From: Octopus sinensis
Taxonomy: Eukaryota
Assembly (NCBI RefSeq): GCF_006345805.1
Contig: NC_042997.1
Coordinates: 200,136,001-200,200,000 of the forward strand
Length of the DNA: 64,000 bases
Reading direction: 5' to 3'
Shown: positions 38,816 to 51,365 of the stretch, piece after piece
How positions within the stretch are numbered: the first letter of the stretch is position 1
Layout: each line of letters begins with the position of its first letter
Notes under the pieces: model-generated
What the model was told of the DNA's origin: nothing
Database searches by the model: none
What the model saw: only the letters and a program-made list of their open reading frames with translations
Program-made: the position numbers and the translations under genes

Positions 38816-39299
38816 TTAGCACTTTGGTTTCCCATTTCAGGTTTGCTTCCATCAGCCAGATCCAGCAATCTTTACTTCCCAAATCCTCAGTTTGTTGTAT
38901 AAATTGGCCATGTAATTCCAGTTCTTATATGTCGTATATATGTATATATATGTGTGTGTGTGCGTGTGTGTTTGTGTGTCTGTGTTTGTCCCCCTAGCAT
39001 TGCTTGACAACCAATGCCGGTGGGTTTATGTCCCCGTCACTTAGCAGTTCGGCAAAAGAGACCGATAGAATAGGTACTGGGCTTACAAAGAATAAGTTCC
39101 GGGGTTGAGTTGCTCGACTAAGGGCAGTGCTCCAGCATGGTCACAGTCAAATGACTGAAATAAGTAAAAGAGTAAAAGAGTAGTGTAAAGAATATCCAGC
39201 CACCAATTATATTCTTTTTTCACCCTGCACCACATAATTTTTTAACCTCAATATTTCACTCCTAACAGTGTCTTCTCCATTTAGTAATGCTCTGCCTCT

Positions 39300-39600
39300 T
39301 TCCTTTCTTGGCTGGTAGATTCTGCTGGTATTACTTTTAGGATGGTATACATTGTCCATTGTGAGCTTCTATCCAAATTCTGTAGCTTGAACTTTGTCCA
39401 TTTTAGAAAGAGTATCTTAATACTGGGTATCCTAATACTGTCATAGGCCATGTATTTATTACTTTAATGATATTTCTTCCATTTAATTTTGTTTCAATGG
39501 CCTTTGTAATTCTTCTCTTGTACTCTTTAGAGATTTTCTCTCTGATTTCTCTTTCTCTTATCCTATCACGTTGCAGCCCTGCAGCCCCCATAGGTATTTA
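39300..39600 (-). pseudogene. R4/Dong-clade LINE fragment (region after RT)
   Basis: Encodes REKISKEYKRRITKAIETKLNGRNIIKVINTW..VLRYSF, which matches the R4/Dong EY.RR...L...LNG.N.IKAINTWA...LRYS motif. Confidence 0.75.
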
Positions 39601-39881
39601 TATCACTCATTATTCTATAGTAATCTAATGATAATGTCATGTGGTAATTTTATGCCATTATACCATCAGAGTTTCTTCTTCTTCTTCTTCCTTATCTTCT
39701 TCTTCTCCTTGTCGTCATCATCGTTGTCATCATTATCATCATCGTCGTTGTCATCATCGATGTCGTTGTCATTATCGTCGTCATCGTCATCATCGTCGTC
39801 GTCGTCATCCTCCTCCTCCTCCTCCTCCTCATTGTCATCGTCATCATCATCATCATCATCATCATCACTATTGCTATTATA

Positions 39882-40190
39882 GAGTGAGAGAGCGATGCAT
39901 GCCGTTAAAGTGACACAGGGGTACAAATATACAAAGCCCAATATATCTGTCACGACTACCTGTCTGATAAGGGGGCACTAGGCACATGCATCACAACCAT
40001 ATGTGCACAACAGGGTGATCTCAAGTGGTGCCCAGTTAGAATTTTTTTCTTCAGGTGGAGTAGCCCATCCTGCTCAAAAGATCCCTGAGTGAGGGTTGTT
40101 TAAGGATGATGAACAAAACACCCATGTTTCCAGAGGTGAGTTATTCAAACCTCCAAAAATTCCTCTCAACAAATGGCTGTGATGCTCCAA
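39882..40190 (-). mobile_element. Family E element, truncated
   Basis: Shares the left boundary GAGTGAGAGAGC with the other family E copies. Confidence 0.75.
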
Positions 40191-40519
40191 ACTATTATTA
40201 TTATTATTATTATTATTGTTGCTGTTGTTGTTGTTATTGTTGTTGTTATCAAGGTAGCAAAATGATGGAACATTGTATATAAAATACTGAGTGGCATTTC
40301 TTCCAGCTATTTACATCCTGAGTTCAAATTCTGCTGAGGAATAATTGTGTCTTCTTGGTCTTCCACAGCCTCCTCAGCTCTCTGGTTAGATCTTGGTATA
40401 TCTCAATTTAAAAAAATTTCTATGTTATTTCTTCTTCTTCTTACTATTATTATTATTATTATTATTATTGAAGATTCTGTACATTATCCAATATTGTGAT
40501 GTAATTTGAAGATGCTGTG

Positions 40520-40606
40520 TGTATCAAGGATTTGTGCTTTCTGTCAAGTCACAACAAAGACCTCAGACAGACATCACTTTATGCGGTATGTATGCAATTC
40601 TAAGTA
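40520..40606 (-). pseudogene. R4/Dong extreme 3' end
   Basis: Encodes LRIAYIPHKVMSV*, resembling LGTAHILRKVLSV* and similar to 6227-6275. Confidence 0.5.
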
Positions 40607-41569
40607 ATCACCATCATCATCATCAGCATCATCTTCATCATCATCATCATCACCACCACCATCATCATCATCGTTGTCGTCGTCGTCGTCGTCGTCGTCA
40701 TCATCATCATCATCATCATCATCATTTCCAGCACCAAGTTATTAAATTATCATCATCATCGTCATCATCATCGTCATCATCATCATCATCATTGTCATCA
40801 TCACTGTCATCATCATCATCACCATCACCACCAGCACCAGCACCAGCAGCACCACCACCACCATCATCATCATTGTCATCATCATAGTCATCATCATCAC
40901 CATCGTTACGACTATCATTATTTTCTTCCATTCTTGCATGAGTTAAAATGCTTCAGTAATAGAATATAACCATTATTACTAAACCCTTCAGGTCCCAGCT
41001 TTAGTTAGTGTCTAATTTGAAAATAAACTGATTACCATAAGTTTTGTGTTGCTATGAAAGCAGTGATGCATAGATTTAATATAATGAAGTTGAGAGTAAA
41101 ACGGTCGCTATGTGACTTGATTACATCAATGCCATGGTGCAAAGGCAGATCGATTAAAATGCTTGTCATGGCTGAAAGGCTGTGTTTTCAAACTTTGTCA
41201 TATTCTATTTTGTGATTGAATAAGTTATACCTTTCTGCTGCTCATTTCACTGTATTTAGGTGAGAAAAAAAACAAAAACAAAAAACAAAAAACAAAAAAA
41301 AACAAAACAAGACAAAAATATATATATATTATAAACGACAACAGTATCAGCAAAAAAAAAAAAAACAGGTGTAAAACAGAAACGAAAATGGAAATACCTG
41401 CTTCGGTAATGCAAATATTTGAATTTACAGTTGTTTTCTAAATATGCAAAAAAAAAAAGAGAAAGAAAGAAAATAAAACGGAAAGAAAGAAAAAGAGGAA
41501 AGAAAAAAGTAGAATTTGATTTGGTGCAATCTGTTTAGATTTTGAAGTTATTCTGTCTGAAACTCTTCA

Positions 41570-41641
<72 letters not shown>

Positions 41642-41644
41642 ATT

Positions 41645-41689
<45 letters not shown>

Positions 41690-41887
41690 GTTAATATTAT
41701 TATTATTGTTAATATTATTATTATTGTTAATATTATTATTATTGTTAATATTATTATTATTGTTAATATTATTATTATTGTTATTATTATTATTATTGTT
41801 GTGTTATTATTATTATTATTGTTAGTATTGTTAGTATTATTATTATTTATTATTATTGTTGTTGTTATTATTATTATTATTATTATT

Positions 41888-42441
41888 GAGTGAGCGAGCA
41901 GAGCATGCCATCAAAGTGACACTGGGGTAAAATATACGAAGCCCAGTATACCATCATGACTACCCGTCTGATAAGGGTACACTAGGCACATGCATCACAA
42001 CCATATGTGCGCGACATGGTGATCTCATATCAAGATAAACAGCACATGACCTTGCAGGTGGAGTCCAGTTAGAATTTTCTTCAGATCGAGTAACCCATCC
42101 TGCTCAAAAGGTCCCTGAATAAGGGTTGTTTAAGGACGTTGAACGAAACACCCATGTTTCCAGAGGTGAATTATTCAAACCCCAAAGAATCCTTCTCAAC
42201 ACATGGCTATGATGCTCCCCCACTACTTCTGCTCGTGATCAGAGATGCACATATCGTCAGCCACTAAGGGACATGCTCAACTGGTTAAGGTCAAACAACT
42301 GACAAGCAAATCTGTGGTATTGAGCAGAATATTTGCTGTAGCCCATCTTTTATACCAAGACAAAACAATGTACATGATAACACTTCCAATCAGTTAAGAT
42401 CAGAAGCCATGAGAGCCACTGCCTGGTACTGCATCAGGGCA
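41888..42441 (-). mobile_element. Family E element inside long (ATT)n arrays
   Basis: Colinear with 3783-4345. Flanked by trinucleotide tracts at 41570-41887 and 42443-42665. Confidence 0.8.
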
Positions 42442-42503
42442 TTTATTATTATTATTATTATTACTGTTATTATTATTATTATCATTATTATTACTGTTAC
42501 TGT

Positions 42504-42594
<91 letters not shown>

Positions 42595-43142
42595 ACTACT
42601 ACTACTGCTATTGTTATTATTATTACTGCTATTATTGTTGTTATTGCTGTTGTTGTTATTATTATTAGTTGTTTTTGCTGCTACGTCTGTCACTATCCAC
42701 CAGTCTTGTTTTTTTTATTGCCTGTTTCCACAGCACTACCAAGCTCAGCTCTGTGCGTCATATGAATGTGAAGTGCTTGCTATTGTCTCTGTTATTTTTG
42801 CTGTATTGAAAGTGTTTTATGTAATCCATTCATTGTACCTAACGGGGCTATTTTTTCTATATGTTATGCATATTTGTAAGTCCTGGGGTTTCGGTTGAGC
42901 ATTTTTGTCTTCATATTCTTTTTGTCCTTCTCACAGCACTTAATATCAGAAAAGTTATTTTTGCTTTAAGGCCCTGCATTCAAGTTGAGTAGGGTTTTAA
43001 TGGAATTGTTCTCGTGCCCAGTACTTAAAGGCTACTTTATTATAACCATAGGCATCCGGTCCATGGAAGCAAAAGAAACAATGCTTCCCTTAAAAATTAT
43101 AGAAACAAAATTGAAACTATATATTTCATAAGAGCGTTCTAA

Positions 43143-43367
43143 TACTCTCTTTTACTCTTTTACTTGTTTCAGTCATTTGACTGTGGTCATGCTGGAGCAC
43201 TGCCTTTAGTTGAGCAAATCGAACCCGGGACTTATTCTTTGTAAGCCCAGTACTTATTCTATCAGTCTCTTTTGCCAAACTGCTAAGTGACGGGGACGTA
43301 AACACACCAGCATCGGTTGTCAAGCAATGCTAGGGGAACAAACACAGACACACAAACACATACACAC

Positions 43368-43427
<60 letters not shown>

Positions 43428-43598
43428 CATATATACGACGGGCTTCTTTCAGTTTCCGTCCACCAAATCCACTCACAAGGCATTGGTCGGCCCGGGGCTA
43501 TAGCAGAAGACACTTGCCCAAGATGCCACGCAGTGGGACTGAACCCGGAACCATGTGGTTGGATAGCAAGCTACTTACCACACAGCCACTCCTGTGCC
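43143..43598 (-). mobile_element. Family A SINE
   Basis: Full-length, low divergence. Confidence 0.9.
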
Positions 43599-44659
43599 TA
43601 ATGTTCTGAAAAAATTAATATAAACTACATGATATCATTGGCTTCAGACTTTTATTGTCAGAATTAGCATGAGATGACAAGCAGTAACAGACAACAGAAA
43701 AAATATTGCAAGGGAAGCAACATGAGTTGTTGCATCCCGTTCAGAGTAATATTTTAATATTTTTTCAATAACAATGCCACAAAGACAATTTTATTACAGT
43801 AAGAGATGATAATGAATAGTTCAGAGCTGTAATTTGCCACTTAATCTATAGAGATATAAATAATTGCACATGCAAAATTTCAGCTAGATCCAACAACAGC
43901 AAGTGGGTCAGGGGTATTACTTATTGAACGCCCCTTGTATGTGACAGAAAATTTTGGTCATTGCTTCCCCAGCCAGAAGGATCACTGCACGCCCCTGATT
44001 ATAACAACCTTAGAAAGACAAAGTGCAAAGTTGACCTTGGTAGTATTTGCACTGTGAATGAAAGGGGGAGTTTTAACTAAATATTGCATGACAATTTGTC
44101 TGATGCTTTACCTGTTCTGCCAATCCACCTCTCACCTTGTATTTCCTGTTGATGCTTCTTTTTTTCTTTACCTTATGACTCAATTACCAAAATAGACAAT
44201 TGGAGCCTGGTGCAGCTCTCTGGCTCCTTTCCAATTGTCCAGCCCATGCCAACATGGAAAATGAACATTAACTGATTATGATATGATGATGGTGATGATG
44301 ATGATGATGAGGACGATGATGACGATGATGGTGGTGGTGGTGGTAATATTAATGATGATGTTGATGATAATGATGATGATGTTGATGACGACGATGATGG
44401 TGATGAGGATGATGGTGATGGAGATGATGGTGGTGGTGGTGGTGGTGGTGGTGGTGATGGTGGTGGTGATATTGATGATGATGTTGATGATGATGATGAT
44501 GATGATGACGCTAACGACGATGACTCACTGTAAAGATAGCCTTCTCTCATGTTTCATATTTCAGCATTACAACACATTCTCAAAACTCTATCTAAATAGT
44601 GTGGAAGAGAATTATAGTTTTTTTAAAGTTTTGCCCCCTATGATTTATATTATTTATTC

Positions 44660-45068
44660 GTTTATTCTTTTACTTGTTTTTCAGTCATTTGACTGCAGCC
44701 ATGCTGGAGCACCACCTTTAGTCGAGCAAATCGATTCCTGGGCTTATTCTTTGTAAGCCTAGTGCTTATTTTATCAGTCTCTTTTGCTGAACCACTAAGT
44801 TACAGGGATGTAAACACACCAGCATTGGTTGTCAAGCGATGTTGGGGGGACAAACATACACACACAAACACAAACACAAACACACACACACACATATGTA
44901 TATACAACAGGCTTCTTTCAGTTTCCATCTACCAAATCCACTCACAAGGCTTTGGTTGGCCCAAGGCTATAGTAGAAGACAATTACGCAAGGTGCCATGC
45001 AGTGTGACTGAACCTGAAACCATGTGGTTAGTAAGCAAGCTACTTACCACACAGCCACTCCTGCACCT
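44660..45068 (-). mobile_element. Family A SINE
   Basis: Full-length copy. Confidence 0.85.
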
Positions 45069-45729
45069 ATGTTGAATTTATTTAAGATTTAGCCATTTAC
45101 AGAGGGCTGGCATCACTTCGTCCACAAAAGTCAAATGGCAACGTACTAATTAGTAAGGTTAGAAAGTAAAACCTGCTGTTCCTTAAAAGTTCTTATTTGA
45201 TAACTCTCTCTGTTAGCAGAATATCATGATGATGAAATAATAGATGTATATATAACTATATACATTCACTTTCCAACCATATGACTTTAGATTCAGTCCT
45301 AGGAAGACGTAGAATGAAGTGGTGAGAAAGGACCTTTGGATGAATATTCTGAAGCCTCTGTGTATATTTTATATTTTCTGTATATTTTTCTGGGCCATCT
45401 GTTTGTATCTTGACTCTACAAACTATTCCTTTTTGAAGACATTTTCCTTCCAACGGACAGCAAGTCTTATCGTTGAAATTTCAATTCTTCTGGTTGAATT
45501 TGGCATTGTGGTTGCTTGTAATGATTTCTGTGTTTTACTGATTAATAAAAGAGGTGAAGTTTTTGCAACAAGAATAGCTAACCTTCACTGTTCTCCTATT
45601 AAAAATTCTATAGAACTTATGGCTAGTTTGAAAATGTTTAGAAACTAGTTGTAAGAATTCCCTACCTATATTTTTTTTTTGACAGCAATATTAAATGCCG
45701 GATTAAACCACAAAACTTTCCTAGTTCTA

Positions 45730-45892
45730 CATTATTTACATTATTTACTATTAATAGATATTTGTCCTCATCTTGTTTGTTGTTAGCACAATGTTTTGGC
45801 TGATATACCCTCCAGCCTTGTTCAGATGTCGTGGGGAAATTTCGAACCTGCGTTCTCATTCCTAAGGTATTTTTTGATGTTATTATTATTGC

Positions 45893-45933
<41 letters not shown>

Positions 45934-46061
45934 GTTCAGGTCACTGCTTGGAATCGAACTTGGAATTTTGGGGTTAGTAGCCAATGCTCTTAACCACTAC
46001 GCCATATCCGTCGAATGTAAATAATGTAAATAATTTCTCATCTCTTAAATATAGAACTGTA
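45730..46061 (-). mobile_element. Family F copy with inverted 3' tail and 10-bp TSD
   Basis: Minus strand: A-box TGGCGTAGTGG, B-box AGTTCGATTCC, (AAT)n and hammerhead (45787-45830). The tail lies on the plus strand at about 46005-46061. CCTAGTTCTA occurs at 45720-45729 and 46065-46074. Confidence 0.75.
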
Positions 46062-46109
46062 TTCCCTAGTTCTAGTTCTACGTGGTCTATTATTGCTAGA
46101 AGTAGTTTG

Positions 46110-46498
46110 GCTATACTGGATCTTCTCTGAAGAAATGACAAGGGACCAGGGATGTGGTGATTTGCTGTACTTGATAAGATACGTCAAGCTAAGTAAAATC
46201 ACTGTCTTCCACACATACAGGTTTGTCCTTTAGGTGCTGGTGCCACTTAAAAAGCACCAGTGCTGGTGCTGCATTAATGTATCTGTGCCTGTGCTGTATA
46301 AATGCACCCATGCCAGTGGCACATGAAAAGTACCCTGCACCTTCTGTTAAGTGGTTGGCATTAGGAAAGGCATCCTGCCATAGAAATCATGCCACAACAG
46401 ACAGTTGGAGTCTGGACAATTCTCTGTGAGCCAGCTCCATGTCAAACCGTCCAATCCATACCAGCACGAAAAGCAGGCATTAAACGATGAGGATGATG
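46110..46498 (+). pseudogene. RTE-type LINE C-terminus plus family C-like 3' UTR
   Basis: Degenerate ..SEEMTRD..W*FAVLDKIRQAK* followed by GGTTGGCATTAGGAAAGGCATCC and a (GAT)-like tail. Confidence 0.55.
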
Positions 46499-48789
46499 TG
46501 GGATGAGAAATTCATTACTGAAAACATTAAAAATTAGAAGAAGAAAGGATATAAAACAATTCAATAGTATATTCATCTAACCCATGCTGAAATGGAAGAA
46601 CAGACATAAAACGTTCCACAAATTCTGCAGTGTGAAACTATTTTGTTCATTTCCAGTATACTCTGATATGTGAGAAGATGATCAGCACACTGCTGTTAGC
46701 TCTCTTTCATAATCAACACAAATCTCAACAGAAAATGATCCTCGAACACCCAAGACCGGCAGCTGTATTTCATTAGAAACAAAAGCTGAAGCATGTTGCT
46801 GTAGATTGTATAGGGATGCTATAAATGATAGAGAAAGATAAGTGAGCATACAAATTTGCTGTTGGTCCATTGAACATTGAGATTTCTAGGGTATAACATG
46901 AATTCTAGAACTGCATAACTGCAGTGACTGGAATAACTAACGCAAGTTGATCTGAAGCTAAACCATTTCCTATTCTACAGACTTCATTTATCATCATTAA
47001 TACTAAAAATAAGGGGCTGTGTATATTGGAGACACGTTATAAAAAGTGAAAATAGAGGGATTTAAGAACTGCAAATAATAAAATTAATCCAGATTTAATT
47101 TTCTCTTGAGTGTACTAAAAGCTCTTTGAGATACGTTACTCTGTAATTTTTAATATTGTTTTGACTTATATTATGGATTTAAGAAAGAACAGTTATAGAA
47201 TCTGTAAAAAATATTAAACCATTTGAAAACCAGAACAAATGAACTCAGAATAAATTCCATTTATTCACAGGTTCTTATTAAAGATAGCAAATTCTATTTC
47301 AGTCACAATTTCCAAACCACTTAGAAAATAATTCAAATTCCATTGGTAGAATTCCTAATAGGATTCCTATTTCCACCCATTTTCAAGACAACAAATGCAG
47401 TTATTTAAAAATCAGTTAACTTTGCCTTTCATCCTCTGAGAGTTAAGTACTGGACTTGTTAAAATTGATGTGAGGGACTTTGCTTGGTTAAAATATTCTT
47501 TTCTACTCTAGGCACAAGGCCTGAAATTTTTGGGGAGGGGGCTAGTTGATTAGATCGACCCCAGTACACAACTGGTACTTAAATTATCGACCCTGGAAGG
47601 ATGAAAGGCAAAGTCAACCTCGGTGGAATTTGAACTCAGAACATAAAGACATTCATGCTAACGTTTCTGCTTGCTCTCCACTTGGTCAAAATATTAAATG
47701 AATTATTGATGGGAATTACTTCAGTTTATATTATACAACAGATAAAAGATGTGGGATATTCACTTATACTGAAAATGCCAAAGTCCTGGCACTGAATACT
47801 GAAGGAAAATTTATTATAAAACTCAACAAGTGATACTGCAATAAGATGAGAAGAAATGACATACTGTATCTCTTTATGCACCCACTGTAAAGAGCAGAAT
47901 TTCCATCCATAGTCTGTAATAGTATAATAAATTAATACATGTAGTCTTGTTTATCAATGATTCATTAATCACTTATCTGAGATAGCATGGCCTGCTCAAG
48001 TAAGACCCATATTATGCTTATCATGGATTGAGCTCTGAAAGCACAAGTCAGTGATAATTCCAAGGTTCTGCTTGCACTACAAAAGTCTACCCCAGTGACC
48101 ACCCACAATGTTTTTGATCTTTTGCTTGTAGTGGAGACATCATGGTGCTCCCGCATTCCTGAAACTGCAACTTATATTGACACAAGACATCTTATTTTGG
48201 CTTGTTTCTGGATTGTGCAAACGGTGTGGAGGGGGGGGGGCGGTCTATGAGGTGTTGTGCAAGCCCTGTAGGACCTAAAATTTTGCACAGGCATTGCTTT
48301 GTCAATGATTCTCACACTCATCTGTTAGTTGACAGTCATCCTCTATGCAGATATGTTTTTCTTTGTGTTTTATTGAAGTTCTTCTTGACAGAGTTCAGGC
48401 CACTTGCTAACAAAGTGACTAAACTTTTAAAGTTAAAAAGTAACAAAATAAAGTTGCCATCTTGAATCATTCTGACTTGCAAAGTCCAGTTTCCCAATTT
48501 CCATGGCATACATACTGTCCACTATATGGAACACCGGTCTATCACAAGATTACTCATTTTTGCCAGCCGAGTGGACTGCAACAATGTGAAATGAAGTGAT
48601 TTGCTCAAGAACACAACGTGTTACCCAGTCCAGGAATCGAAACCACAATCTCATGGTTATGAGTCTAACACCCTAACCTCTAAGCTACATGCTTCCACTT
48701 TTGAGTAAAGAGGGTTCTCAGTGCTTGTAAATATATGATTGAGTTGTTGTGTTGGTTGAGCTGTCAATGCACACACTGAAGAGTGTCCA

Positions 48790-49200
48790 TCCAAAGAATC
48801 ACGGATGGAGAACCTTTGGAATGTCTTACAAATCTTCACCATTCCACTAATAGATTGAATTTGGAGAATCTGTATCAGTTTCTTTTGCTCTTTCTTAAAA
48901 AAAGACCTAGTATTTCTATGTATTTCTCTTCTATTTTTTTTATTATAAATCTTCCACTGAGGAGGGAGCTGGTTTCCAACAAAGATACAAGGCATCATCT
49001 TTGGTATGTAGTTAACACAGAGAAATTCACATTTGGAACTTGAGAAAAGTCTTGCATATTTTTACTGTTCCGCTCACAGATTCGATTTGTAATATACGAA
49101 TCAGCCAGTCAATTTCTCTTTCTGGAAATCCAAGTTTATCCAGATTCTCCTTTTAGCATTTACTAACAAAATCTAGTGCTCCAATTATTATTGGATGTCT
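48790..49200 (-). pseudogene. Two tandem 3' ends of REL-endonuclease non-LTR elements
   Basis: PIIIGALDFVSKC*KENLDKLGFPEREIDWLIRILQIESVSGTVKICKTFLKFQM* (about 49030-49200), followed by ..KKLIQILQIQSISGMVKICKTFQRFS (about 48800-48960). Confidence 0.7.
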
Positions 49201-49224
49201 TGCAAACAACTTGCACATGCAAGT

Positions 49225-50320
49225 GCTACCAGTTAAAAGCTCCATATACCGGAAGCTAGCAAGTGTATGGGGTCATCAGGAGAGAATGCGCGCCGTTTCA
49301 GGGCCTACCTCTCGACGGCATCAATACGCACCGGCCCCCCCCCTCACTGATATGAGGCCCCGCTTGCTAGATCAGCTGGTTATGAAGAACTCAATATACT
49401 TCTAGCCATCGCTCATCGTCTCTTTTTAACCAAATCCAGTGGCTAGCCTTCTCCACTGTAGATTTTTGTTGTATGGTGGTATTGACTTTACGATGAGTTA
49501 AGCCTAGCGATAACAACAGTCGTCTCACACAGTGTCCAACAAACCCTCTACATCCGACTTCGATAGGAAAATGTACCGCTTTCCAGCCTGCGTCTTCACA
49601 TTCCTCGAGGAGATTTTCATAATGGTTCAATTTTCGAGCCCGAGCTGCGTCCATATTATCTTCATGAGGAACCGTTAGCTCGACTATATTTACAACTTTC
49701 TTTCTTTCAAATCACATCAAAATATCTGTTTTTTTTCAAAACTGGGATGGGAAAGAAAACCTGGCACCCAGGTAAATCTGCAGTTACCTCCCAATAGCCG
49801 TTCCACTTTTCATTTTTCTCAGGAAGTTTCTTGATCTTCTTCTTGAAACGTATCCGCTGACCTGGTTGCACGAAGGTAATGAAATCTCTTGATGGTACTT
49901 TTAACGGTTTTTCCTCAGTGTTGTTGAGATGAATTTGATTCTTTATAGCATTGAAGATAACCTTAAGGACCAAGTTGTGCCTCCATGTGTACCTGTTCAA
50001 TGCTAATGAACAGTTAGAAAGAATATGTTTTAGTGTACCGACCTTTCCACATTTGCAGATGTCATTCTCTAAGACGTTCCATCTTACTAGATTCGTAGGT
50101 GATGGCAAAACATCATAAGATGAACGAATCAGGAAACTCAGCCGAGATGTCGTCCACTTCGACACCTCATCCCAACTTATCTTCCTCTCAACAACATGTT
50201 CTTCCCATCTCGTCATCTGACCTTGATGAACACATCGGATCAAATGAAGCTCTCTTCTCTCTGCTTCTCTTGTTTTGACGCTGTTGCTAACAACAGATCT
50301 GAATTCATAGTCTGGATATA
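49225..50320 (-). pseudogene. HERO-clade (R2 group) LINE 3' fragment: CCHC knuckle, REL endonuclease and 3' UTR
   Basis: Encodes QGQMTRWE..ERKISW..RLSFLIRSSYDVLPSPTNL..CKCGKVGTLKHILSNC..RYTWRHNLVL, then IVELTVPHEDN..GWKAVHFPIEVGCRGFVG..EKASHWIWLKR. Frameshifted. Confidence 0.9.
49256..49370 (-). ncRNA. Rearranged hammerhead-like RNA, copy 2 (HERO 3' UTR)
   Basis: GCCGT-C-GAGAG...GGCCCT-GAAACGGC-GCGCATT-CTCTC-CTGATGA, with perfect stems I and III. Confidence 0.65.
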
Positions 50321-50374
50321 GAAGCTATATGTATATATGTATGCATGTATGTATGTATATATGTATGTATGTAT

Positions 50375-51365
50375 TGGACTCAGCATTAGCCTGGACAAGA
50401 CTGTTGTAATGTTCCAGCCTGCACCAGGAAATCCATATATAGAACCAGCTATCTTGGTTGAAGGAACGATTCTGAAGGTAGTAGACAAGTTTGTCTACCT
50501 AGGCAGCACACTCAGCCGTTCTTGCTCCCTGGATGAGAAAATATCTTTCAGGTTGCAGAGAGCAACTAATTCCTTCCGGTCTCTTCAGTTTCGTGTCTGG
50601 TCCCAACATGGCATCGCAAGGAGAACAAAAGTTGCTGTGTACCGTGCTTGTGTACTGACATCGCTTCTCTACTATGGACTCTGTACAAACGTCAGGTCAG
50701 GGTCCTTGAACGTTTACCTCAGAGATGTCTTAGACACATTCTCAATGTTGGCTGGACCTCAAAAATTCCAGACACACAGATCCTGAGGACAGCTGATATC
50801 TTGAGTATTGAGGCGATGGTACACAAGCACCGGTTGCGTTGGACTGGACACCTTATTAGAATGGAGAATAGAAGGATTCCTAAGCAGATGCTCTATGGAG
50901 AACTTGTGAATGGAAGGAGACTCCGGCAGAAACCAAGGCTGTGATTTAAGGACTGTGTCAAGTCCTTGTTAAAGGCCTTTGATATGCAGGACACTGACTG
51001 GGAGAACAATGCCTGTCATCTCCACAGATGGAGGAAGCAGGTTAAGGAGGGGATCGACACTTTTGAGAGAGCACGTATCCAGCATAAAGAACTTAAGCGA
51101 GCTGCGCGAAAGTGCACGGCTCGTATAGTGAATGGGGAAAGCTTGGTCTGCAATGTTTGCAATCGTGTATGCTTGTCAAGAGCAGGGCTCATTAGCCACC
51201 AACAGAGCCGCAAATGCAAAATATAAGTTAGTCCTAGAGCGCACAATGTTCCTGAAGGTCGGCAATGGTCTTCCTCTATCACGAGTGGACGGCCATCATG
51301 TATGTATGTATGTATGATTTATGTATGTATGTATGTATGTATGTATGTATGTATGTATGTATGTA
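50375..51365 (+). pseudogene. RTE (BovB-like) LINE 3' fragment with (ATGT)n tail
   Basis: Encodes GLSISLDKTVVM..VDKFVYLGSTLS..TKVAVYRACVLTSLLY..HRLRWTGHLIRMENRRIPKQMLYGEL..CNVCNRVCLSRAGLISH, with frameshifts and stops. Confidence 0.92.

Noticed and set aside
45935-46007. Genuine tRNA gene
   Set aside because: A and B boxes are present, but there is no convincing cloverleaf or acceptor stem. It is the head of repeat family F.
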